Assembly (NCBI RefSeq): GCF_006345805.1 | Contig: NC_042997.1 | Coordinates: 74,524,001 to 74,588,000 of the forward strand | Direction of reading: 5' to 3' | DNA length: 64,000 nucleotides | DNA from: Octopus sinensis | Taxonomy: Eukaryota | Shown here: piece by piece, positions 27,268 through 38,389 of the stretch | Numbering within the stretch: the first letter of the stretch is position 1 | How the letters are laid out: every line of letters starts with the position of its first letter | Notes under the pieces: generated by a model | Database searches by the model: none | Seen by the model: only the letters and a program-made list of their open reading frames with translations | What the model was told of the DNA's origin: nothing | Position numbers and translations under genes: made by a program

Positions 27268-27622
27268 TAAGATGAATTAAATCTGGCAGGCAGGGGAGGA
27301 GAATGTGACACGCATGAGTAAAGACAGCTGTATAAAGAAGTGCCTGTCACTGGAAGTGGATGGTACCTGAGCAAGATGGAGGCCCAGAAACACATGGGAT
27401 GAAGTGGTGAGGATTGATCTCAGAATAGAGGAAAGGACAATGGACTTTGATGTCTGGTGGTATGAGGTTCTATAGAAGACACACCCACAGCAGCGAAAGT
27501 GAGTGCTAGAAGTGTTGTGCCCCATTACATTTATGAATTTGTGTTGCAAGATTCCTAATGTGAACCGTGTGTTGAAACAGATATTTCATTTCATTTCATT
27601 TCATTTGAGTTTGAGTCCATGC

Positions 27623-30600
27623 TCAGGCCAAGTCGAAGACTCCACCCTCAGAGTCTGGTGTGGTTGCCAGGTTGTATTCTCTGTTTAATTTTGACATGTG
27701 TAGGAGCGAATTTGAGTCAGTTTGTGCTCGTTGTGTATATCCTGGGAGATGGGGTTCATCTCTAATGGTGCTTAAGTATCTATCCAGCTGCAATTTGAAT
27801 GATTCCACACTGCATCCTGATAGATTTCTGACATGTACTGGAATGGAGTTGAATAGTTGTGCTCCTCGAACCAACAGACTTGACTCTCGCAGGGTTTTTG
27901 CTGCCTGGCCAGCCTTTTTGTTGATTGGTGGTAGCTGGCAGCGTCTTCCGTGGCACAGTGAGTGGTAGGTTTTGATACCAAAGTTTGGCACCTTTTGCTC
28001 TATCATTTTCCAAATGTATATAATTCGGTATCGCTCAAATCTTCTTTCTATTGAGTACATCTTCAAGGTTTTGAGTCTTTGCCAATAGTCCAGGTCCCTC
28101 GTTTCTGAGAAGTATGAGGTAAAATTTCTCTGGAGTGATTCCATCTAAGATAGTTGGCCCTTTGTTGTTGGTGACCACAACTGAGAACAGTAGTCAATCC
28201 TCGGAAGTATCATACTGTTCCAGAGGGTTTTCATTGTTGAGGTATCTCTTGATTTGAAGGTGCGCAAGATCCACCCGCTGTACTTTCTTGCAGTAAGACA
28301 GACTGAGTCAAGGTGTTCTCTGAATTTTAGGCTGGTTCCCATGTGGATGCCTAAATCTTTCACATACTGTTTTTCCATTATTTGTTGTCCTGATGGGTTT
28401 CTGTAGTTTGTTGTATTTTCAGATCTTGATCTGTTCCGTAGCGAATTAGTTCAAACTTCTTATCATTGAACAACATGTTGTTTGTTTCCTGCCATTTATA
28501 TATGGTGGTCAGGTCCTTTTGTAAGGCCTCTGTATCCACCTCGTCTTTGATTTGTCTCATGACCCTGGTGTCATCAGCAAAGGATGAGACGTTGCTGGTT
28601 GTATCTTCATCTATGTCAGAGATGAGGATGAGAAACAGGATTGGGCCGAGTACTGTACCCTGAGGAACACTGCTGGTCACAGGTGATGGTGTTGAATGGG
28701 TTCCATTCACAGTGACTGTTTGAGTTCTATTTGTAAGGAACTCATGTATCCATGTACCAACTTTTCCTCCTACTCCTAGCTTTCGAAGTTTGTGACCCAG
28801 GATGCCATGATCTACCTTGTCAAATGCCTTGGCAAAGTCGAGGTAAATAACATCTGTGTTGTATCCATTCTCTAGATTTTCTAGGATTTGGTCATGGTGT
28901 GCCAGTAGTTGGGAAAGACATGATCTACCTAACCTGAATCCATGCTGGTTGTAATTCATCAGATTGTTGGATTCCAGGAACTCAACCAGTTTTCCACGAA
29001 CTATTCTTTCGAAGACCTTGATAATGTGTGATGTCAGTGAGATTGGTCGGTAGTTCTTTGGTTTTGATTTGCTGTCCTCTTTATGTATTGGAGTTATGTG
29101 TGCTTCTTTATATGTATTTGGTATTTTGCCATTCTCCATATCATGTAAAGGGGTTTCAACAATTGTACCTTGCAGTTTTTAAGTATCATGGCATTGAAAC
29201 CGTCAGGCCCCGCAGCCGAGTGCATGGAGAGCTTGTCTATGGCTCTTTCTATGTCTTCTGGGTTGAAATCAATGTCGGATAGGGTAGGTTTAGTATGGTC
29301 GATATCCTCGAAGAATTTTCCTGGGTCATGGATCTTCATGGTTTTAGATGGCTCACTGAAGACACTTTCATACTGTTGACCCAACATTTCTGCCATTTCA
29401 ATAGGGTTATTCACTACATCCCCATTTTGTCTCTGGAGAGGTCCTATTGTTGACTTGGTATTCGAGTATTTCTTTGCAAAACTGTAGAAACATTTTGGAT
29501 TTTTCTTGATGTTTTCTATGGCTCTCTTTTCTGCATTGTTACGTTCTTCATCATAGTGTTGTTTTAGATCGTCTTCTAATCTGTATATTTGGTCAAGGAC
29601 TTTCTGTAATTCATGTTTTGATGTCAGCTTAAATGTTTTGTTTCTTAGTCTTGACCTGTTGCGCATCAGGATCTTTCGCTCCCGTGGTACAGGTTTTTTT
29701 GTGGATTTGGTTTTCTTAAGAGGAATATTTTTTGCACATATTTCTTCGATCTTGTTTAAGAATTTCTTGTGTTTATCTGGCCCAGTAAGGTAGAGATCCC
29801 AGTCAATGGTTTGTAACTGGTTGTTAATAGTTTCCCAATTTGCCTGGTGATAATCATACCTGCATAGCTTTGGCATGTCCTTTTGTTTAAGAGTTGTGGC
29901 ATCGGGCTCATTACCGATGTGTAAATGCATTTCAATAATATTGTAGTCTGAAAGGATTGTTGGGGTTGAGTGAAGGTCAAATAGCGTGTCCTCGTTGTTG
30001 GTGAAAACCAAGTCGATCGTATTATTATTTCTTGTTGTTTCTGTCATCATTTGTTTGAGGTATAATTTCTCTGTGACTTCCAACAGTTTGGCTGCCTGTA
30101 TTTGTTCAGCTTTTGTCCCCAGTTTTAGTATGTGTCCATGTGGCCAGATGATGTTAGGGAAGTTGAAGTCACCAAGGAGGATAATGTCTGGCATTGGACT
30201 CGCCATATTTCCCAGAATTTGTTGGAGCTTTGTCAGTGGCTCAGTGAAGGATAATGTTGGGCTGTTTGGCGGTCTGTACATTATTGTTACAACTGTATTA
30301 AGTTGGATGATTTTTATGCACAGCAGGTTGCAGTAGGCATTTGATTCATTGACAAGTTCTATGCATGCATAGGTATCACGGATATACATGATAACACCCC
30401 CATGGGATTTGCCTTGTCTATCACATCTGAAGATGTTGAATCTATTGATTGTGATTTCGCTGTTGCGGATGTTTTCGTTGAGATGACTTTCAGTAATTCC
30501 AATTATTTTGGAGTTGTTTTCTGTTGCTAATTCTTCCAAGAAAGGGACTTTACACTGTTTTGTTTTCGGATAAAGACCCTGGATATTTGCTGTTATTATG

Positions 30601-30821
30601 CTTGTTGTACCGGATACATCTGCCCTATTGTTGGCAAGACTGTTGTAGTTGCTGGGACTGTGCTGACTGGATATTCGGTCTACTGGGCTGTCTGTATTTG
30701 TTGTATGTGCCCTGTAAGTCCAGGTGTCAGCCTTTGTATCAATGTTGCCTGGTTTTCCTGAGTCATCTCTATGGAGTACAGCTGTTGTTGTAGTTGGTAG
30801 ATTATGCCTAAAAAACTGCTT
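27623..30821 (-). pseudogene. LINE ORF2 (APE endonuclease plus reverse transcriptase), broken into 4 pieces
   Basis: Track ORFs 29094-30539, 28378-29139, 28145-28378 and 27623-28144. The first frame extends open upstream to a TGA at 30824-30822. Confidence 0.88.
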
Positions 30822-31944
30822 TCATTCATTACTATATCGAGTTTGGGTTTGTTACAGCTGATGTATGCAATTGAGTAGCATGATTTTCATTCACTGTTGA
30901 GCCATGACCTGGTTTCCGCATTTTTGGGAAATGGTTTTCATACCCTGCTGAGCTTGGTCCTGGTGGTGTGGGTTCAGTAGTTTTTATGCGAATTGTACCC
31001 TTCCGGTGCATAAATTTGCAATTCTCGCCAAAACATTATTTTTTTCTCAGCGAATTGCGGCACATCTTTGGGTGAAGGAGTTCACATTCTCAGCCATTTT
31101 GGCATCCTTTTTTTCGATCAGTACCGAAGTTGATATATGGTTTGCATGGTTTGGGGTGACTGTACGTGCACCCTTTACCTGAAGGACCATGTTTGCACTT
31201 GTTGCTCCTGTAATGGATACATACTGGCCTTTCTTCATTTGAGCATTTGCTCTGAATCTGTTTCTTTTTGTGGGAAGTTTGGTCTTTTTCTGCAGGATCT
31301 CCTGTTTCTTGTTTTGTAGGTGTTTGCATGTCATTGTCTTCATTCTTGTCATTTACAAGAGGCACTTGGATGGCCTGTGTGTGGCAGGATTTATTTGCCA
31401 TGTCAGTTTCGCCAATCAATGTCTGTTTAGAATGGCCTGTCTGTAGTAGGGTCCTAAGTTCATTCGTTATTGTGGCCCTTGGTGAACAATAACCGCATAG
31501 CCAGTGTAGGCCTAGAATATCTGGAATGGTGTGGTTATTTATCTTTTTTAAGTAGCACGCTTCGTGTATTCCTTGTCCACAGATGAAGCATGCCAAAGCT
31601 GGTTTTTGGCCAAATGTAATGCAGTACTGTTTGTCACACATTTTGCAAGTCTCCGGGAGGAAGTTTTCAATCCTTGTTATAATCCAGTTGGTGAGGTTTG
31701 ATTTTGTGAGCTCAACTTGAACACCATCATTCAAGAAAGCTGCTGCTTTCTTTAACATCGTAAACTTACAGTTGGTGAAAATATTTTTGTATATTGCTCC
31801 ACTTTCCTGTTTGATATCATATTTCGACAAGACACTTTTTATATCTTGATTTTGTGTTGATGAGATGATTTTCAATATGATGTCTGTGGCCAGGCAAGTG
31901 TTGCTCTCTGAGCTGGCAGTCCGTGGATTTCTGTTACCCGTCAT
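30596..31944 (-). pseudogene. LINE ORF1 with PHD finger and tandem CCCH-type zinc fingers; nonsense codons in this copy
   Basis: CKMC...CFICGQGIHEAC...WLCGYC (PHD); CIHYRSNKCKHG...CTYSH, CKPY...C...C..LH and CRNS...C...CKFMH. In-frame stops at 31092, 31038 and 30834. Confidence 0.75.
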
Positions 31945-33664
31945 CGTTTCCGTTACCCGTCATCGATATTGTTATATTTCAGGATGGTTTTTTTTTTTTC
32001 CCTCAAATACACACACACACTGTATTTTTGTTCTTCACTTATTTATTACAGTTCTTATTTTATCTTATAACCATTGTCCAGAAATCTTTTGTCACATTTG
32101 TGACCTCTTCAGCAACCTTTTCCATCCATGTGTATCCTCCTGCTCTGTTTAGTCTATTCTGTCAGGTAAATGGCCCTACTCAATATGTAGGAAAAGAGTA
32201 GGAAGTAATTCCATTTACTGCACCCAGTGTAAGTTATGAACACATAAGAGATGCAGTGGAATCACAAGTAGATTAACAGATAAGATCATTTTCATATGTA
32301 GCAGATGTGCAGGAACAATAAGCACCCTACCCCAAGAAACCAAACTACATCTCCTCTTCTAAACTGCATCTTTTTCTTCCTCATATTTCCTCTCTAAACA
32401 CTATTATCTCCTACTCCCCATCTCTGCCCTCACTGCCTGCTCACTGTCTTGCTGCTCCCCCCTCCCCCTCTCTATACCCAGGTTCTTACAAGTTATTGCA
32501 ATCCTCACTCCCTACTTCTCCTTCTTGGCAGTACCTGGCAGCATATATTATGACCTTCATACCTTGATGGCATGCCCTGGCAATTGCCACCATTTATCTC
32601 TCTCTTCCTTCCTCTACCAGTCCATCTAGGCTCTGATCTCTGTTACTTGTGAGTATACCCTGGCACTTCACCATCTCTCTCCTGCTCTCTTGCACTTTTT
32701 CTGTTTCTCACTCTCTCTTTCTCTTTCCCTTGCTCTTTCCTGTAGCTGGGTAGCCATGTATCTCCTCTGCAGCAGCACACCTGTTTCTACCCTCATTCTT
32801 GATAACTTCCTCTCTCTCTTCTCTTGCTCTTCTCTATGGCTAAGTATCTCCTTTACACCAGCATACCTGTCTCTGTCCTCTTTCTTGTACCTATCTCTGA
32901 AGAGTGGTTGATGTTAGGAAGGGCATCCAGGCATAAAAACCCTATCAAAACAGACACAGTAGCCTGATGTAGTCTTCTACTTGGCTGGCTTCTGTCAAAC
33001 TGTCCAACCCACACTTGCTTGAAAGGCAGACATTAAACGATGATGATAATGATATATATATATATTTACTTATATAATTATATTTATTTTATTTTTTTGT
33101 CTTACTTAATTTTTCATGTTTCCCTCTTCTGGGTATCTTTTTCTCTCTGTCTCATGAATTTAAACCAGTAACAGTTTTCTGATAAACAATTTTCTGATTC
33201 CTGATGATTTGGGTTCTTTTTAAATTTATTTGATTAAAAATAATAAAATTAAAATTATGTCTCCTTATTATGTAATTATAAATTTGATGGTGTGTATCTT
33301 AATAAAACAGCTGTTGAATACAATGAACTATTTATAAAATTATAAAATGAATTATTTATGTAGTATGAACTAATTATAGTATAAACTACTTACAAAATTT
33401 ATGTTTTTCTGTTTTATGCTAAATATGTTGCTCTTAAAGATCATTTTAGTTGATTTATGTATAAGCATGCAAGTGGATCCCATATGGATTTAATGGAATA
33501 TAATAGCCTCTTGGAGTTTAACGACCTTTCATTAACTGAGCTTAGTTACTATGGATTTATTCCTTGATCTGTATACATCAATTCTTTATGTCTCTGTGTA
33601 TTGTAATGATAGTTTATCTGTATTTTTATTTGTCTTACTGTCATACATCATCTTCTGCAATATA

Positions 33665-34960
33665 CAAGGTGGTATCAGAAAGTTCCCGGACTAGTTCTGT
33701 AGCACACCAACAGGTGGCAGCACACAGTTGCTTGGGCAGTGAGAGCTAGCAGTGACCTTCATGAGGCAGTGTCATTGCTGTTTTTACTTTGCAAGTCATG
33801 AAATTTGTGTTTTTGTGATCATGTGTATACTGTAGTCTGCAATTTTGTCATGGGCAGGAAGTTGGAACAAAGAGCTAAAGTGAAATCTTGTGTTATCCTT
33901 GGGAAATCTTCTACAGAAATATTGGGCATGCTTCAGCGAGCTTACAGCAATGAGACAATGGGTCATACACAATGTTCCGAGTAGCATGGGCACTCCAAAA
34001 GTGGAAGAAATTCCCTGGAAGACAATGAGCGATCTGGAAGACAATGAGCGATCTGGAAGACCTGCCATGAGCGTCACTCCCAAAAATGTGGAGAAAATTC
34101 ATCAGCTTGTGCATGAGGATTGTCAGAGGACAATCAATGACATTGCTGATGTTGTTGGTCAATCGTATGAGTCTGTGCAGACAAACCTAGCATTTGAATT
34201 GAACATGCATTGTGTCTCTACCAAGTTTGTCTCCAGCCTGCTGACTACTGAGCAGAAAGAACATTGTATCAAAGTCTGTTAAGATCTCCATCAGTGTGCC
34301 ACTGATGACCCATTCTTCATGTTGAGGATCATCACTGATGACGCGAGTTGAATCTACAGGTATGACCCTAAGACAAAGCAGCAGTCATCACAATGGAAAA
34401 GCCCTTCAACTCCATGACTGAAGAAAGCATGACAGAGTCACAGCTCAATCAAGAGCATGGTCATCGTTTTTTTTACATCTATAGTATTGTGCATTGAGAA
34501 TTATCTCCCAGAGCCAGACTGTCAATCAAGAGTTCTACTGCAAGAGGACATTCAGAGAAAGCGACTGGATCTGTGACATAATGACAATGCACCCTGTCAC
34601 CAAGCTCTCCTCACTTGTGAGTTTCTCACCAAAATCAACATGGTATCACTTCTGTACATACTCTATTCATCAGATTTAGCATCTGTTGACTTCCATCTCT
34701 TCCCAAGATGAAAATGCAGCTTAAAGGTCACCGTTTTAACACTGGTGTCAAGATCAAGAGTGAATTGCTGAAGGTTTTTTACTCACTTATGGAAAATGAC
34801 TTTGAGGCCAAATTTCAAAAGTGGTAAGAACATTGGGACTGATGTATTGCTGCACAAGGTGACTATTTTGAAGGAGATAATGTCACCGCTAATGTCACTT
34901 AGGTACATAAGTTATTTTTATTCAACATAACTAGTCTGGGAACTTTTTGATACCACCTCA
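33665..34960 (+). mobile_element. Full-length (about 1.3 kb) mariner transposon, DD34D type, inactive
   Basis: Roughly 30-bp TIRs (caaggtggtatcagaaagttcccggactagt / actagtctgggaactttttgataccacctca) flanked by TA. Transposase motifs ERSGRP, IITDD..IYRYDP, DNAPCH and YSSDLASVDF. Internal 19-bp tandem duplication near 34018-34057. Confidence 0.9.
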
Positions 34961-35084
34961 TATTTATCTCATTGTCAACTGTACTGGGTCTGTTTCACAC
35001 TCTTAACTTTTCATAGTTACATGGACTGGTATAGCTTTGTTAGTTTGCAATACTGAATAGTTGCTTTCATACATCCCTATACTC

Positions 35085-35455
35085 TCTTTTTTTACTCTCT
35101 TTTACTTGTTTCAGTCATTTGACTGAGGCCATGCTGGAGCACTGCCTTTAATCAAGCCAATCGATCCCAGTACTTATTTTATTGGGTCTTTTGCCGAACC
35201 ACTAAGTTACAGGGATGTAAAAACACCACCATTGGTTGCCAAGTGATATTGGGGGGACAAACACAGACACACACACACACATATACATATATATATACGA
35301 CAGGCTTCTTTCAGTTTCTGTCTACCAAATCCACTCACAAGGCTTTGGTCAGCCCAAGGCTATAGCAGAAGACACTTGCCCAAGGTGCCATGCAGTGGGA
35401 ATGAACCTGGAACCATGTGGTTGGTAAGCAAGCTACTTACCACACAGCAACTCCA
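35085..35455 (-). mobile_element. tRNA-derived SINE of the octopus type
   Basis: Minus strand: tgctgtgtggtaagtagcttgctt (A box), ggttccaggttcattccc (B box), central (TA/TG)n, and 3' end gctccagcatggcc...aaatgactgaaacaagtaaaaag. Confidence 0.7.
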
Positions 35456-36605
35456 GCATCTATACCAATTTATTCTATACAATATGATAGTATGTTCTGT
35501 TTGCAGCTAACTGTTCATTTCCTATCTTTCTGCATTTTGTTTGAAAAAGGGGTATTTCTAGGATCATTATACATGCATTACAATCTATATTCAATAGCAT
35601 AGATATTTCTAAAGACATTTTATTTTTCTAGTAACAGCTATGAAATCTTCCAAATTTGTGTTCTAACAAATTTGTGATATCAATATGATGGCTGAAACTA
35701 CACCATATATCCTTCAAATGAAAAGGTTTGCTTCAGAGAGGTAAAAGCTGAAAGCTTTTATTTTCTGGTTAAATGATCTGACTCTCTGGTTTTCACAATT
35801 TTCTGATATGTAATGACATCAGAAGTAGCATGTTTAATCTGGCTTGTTTTAGCCAGAAATAGCATATACAATGTAGGAAAGAGAGCAGACTAGCTATGAA
35901 ATATCAACAGCAATCACCAGGCAACCCAGTAGGTTGATCTCTCAGCTATTATATAATTTCTCAAATGATTATTTATGTTTCAAACCTTACCCTTCCCTGT
36001 ATTCAAATATTGTCTTCTTTGTGTATGTAACAAGAGGCACCAAACATGGTTGTGCAGTTAAGAAGTTTTCTTGACAATCTTGAGGCTTAGAGTATGCTAC
36101 TAAAATGCATTATCTTAGGCATGTGTTTTATACCATAACTTCATGCTGAGCAATATCTTCTAAGTGTAATTTGGCTTACAGAGATGATGTAGAAACTAGT
36201 GTGTGTGCACACGCATACACACACATCTTTTGCCAATGCAAGCAAAACCAAATAATCTGTGCTTTAAAATATACTATATAGTGCTGGTTTTACTTGAGTT
36301 GTACAAATAATCTCTGTAACTCTCACTATGGATTGGCATCTTGATTGCTAAATGTGATACTAAAATAGTTATTTTTAAAAAAGTGACACAAAAAGTAGAG
36401 GATCAAAATTAAAAGAAAATTGTAATAATTACTTTAATCATTCAAGGTTTACCTTCGCTTCTTATACATCCTAGCTTGATACATTAAATGCCATAGTTGA
36501 ATCATATAATTCTTTTATATAAATGACTATGGTGTTAAGAAAAATATCTTTGAAATAATACTCATTTCAAATTATTGGACACATACAAGAAAATCCAATA
36601 CTTAC

Positions 36606-36800
36606 TTTAAGAACAAAGCTTTCTTCTGGTTGCAATTTCTGATCTAATATAGCCTGTTTTATATTCTTCTCAAATTCAATGTTACGTTTCCGGGGTACAT
36701 CCAAGGAAGGGAAGAGATCACTTATAAGTCCCATGAAAACTGGATAATCATCAGTCACAATTTTAGGGATGTTGAAATCTCGTAATGCTCTCATCAGTAC
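36606..36800 (-). CDS. DNAH9/11/17-like: Axonemal dynein heavy chain, exon C
   Basis: [65 protein letters not shown] (195 bp). AG at 36802-36801, GTAAGT donor from 36605. Confidence 0.95.
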
Positions 36801-38389
36801 CTACCAATATCAAACAGTGGCAAAATAAGTTCATTGTAAGAAATGAACTTGGCTTAATGCTTGTTTTCCTCTTTTTTATTTTTATCTTATATAGTATTTA
36901 GTTTCTAAATTAACTCTTTTAGCAATATGCAAAAACACTGAGCTACCTAAAATAACTAATGGAAAAAAAATTCAGTGCTGCCTTTAGATAAGTTTTATCT
37001 TTAAAATATTCAAAGAAAACTGAGCAGCTTTTAATTTTTTAGAGTGTAGTGTTTTCAAAATATCTTTGAGAGATTCAAAATGAAATATTTTCATTTCTCT
37101 TTGCATAAAAAAGTTGTCTGTGCATCTAGTGGGGGTTTAATTTTATATTGTATAAACATTATTTACATCATAAGAAATAGGAAATAAATCATTTTTAATG
37201 ACAGAAATAGATAAAGCTATAAATAATAGAATGAAAAACACCCTTTGGAATGAAAAAGTCAAACCACATTTTGTAAAACATGATAGACATTCTACCAATG
37301 TACAAAAACAACCCTTCAAATTTTATCCACCCAATTTAGAAGCACTGTTCTTACTAGTAAGAATTACATGTCTCACAAACAACCTTCAATTTTTTTTTCC
37401 ATACAAGGGGTTTTTATCCAATATTTTATGCACTATTATTTAGCTTTCTCTACTTCAAGTTCCACTATTAAAAACAATTTATAATATAAACATGCCCATT
37501 TAATATCTCTCAAAACAAACAATTTTTGCTGACAAGAACAAAACTTCTAAACTGGATGGAAAATGGAGAAAATTTAAAAGGTTGCTTTGGTATAAAGGTG
37601 GAACATCTGTCATGTTTACAGATATGGATTCATGTTCCACAGGCAGCATTTGGCATTTTTCACCCAATGTTTATTTGTTTTTTTTACCTAATATTCTACA
37701 TGCTACAGTATTAGCTACTTCAAGAACCAACATTAAAAACAATTTATAATATAAACATGCCCATAGTTTTCATAGCTTTTTTTTCCTGAAATGTAGAGAA
37801 AATATTCTTTTACAGCATATTACAAAATTAAAATGGTAAGATGTGATTTGAGGGAGATTTGACTACTATTTCCAGCGTGCTGAGTTACCATTTACAAGGA
37901 GTAAAATATTGTTAGTCACTATGCAACAAGAAAAAGTCTCTGTCTCTCCCCCTCCCTCCCCTCTGTGAAAAACATATGAAAAGCTGTTGGTTTTACCAAT
38001 AACTTTTCATATATTACAATATGTCAATGTTAACATAAATAAGTTTTTAAAATAAATACCTAATAATAAAATATATGAATACTTGGTAAAATATTACAAT
38101 ATACAAAAGACAAATTAATATTTGGTAATCATGTAAGGTATTATAGACTTTCATAAAAAAACTGTAGGGTTTATTATATTCATACACTTATACCACTAAA
38201 TGTATATACATAAATACATTAAATACAAACAAATATATATGCTTACACAAACGTTCTGAAAGTTTTATCCATATATATATATGCATATACACTACGTATA
38301 CACACTCACACAAACACTATATTCACATATATACATACATATGTATTTATATATATACACACATTATATCCATATATATATATATATAT

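Larger units (their letters stand above)
27584..32150 (-). mobile_element. Near full-length CR1/L2-group LINE (ORF1 plus APE-RT ORF2), lightly disrupted, with (TGAAA)n tail
   Basis: ORF2 pieces carry IITANIQG, IGITESHL, MYRPPN, LGDFNFP, NYRPISLTS, YLDFAKAFDKVDH, VPQGTVLGP and SFADD. (TTTCA)n on the plus strand at about 27584-27606. The 5' limit is approximate. Confidence 0.92.
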
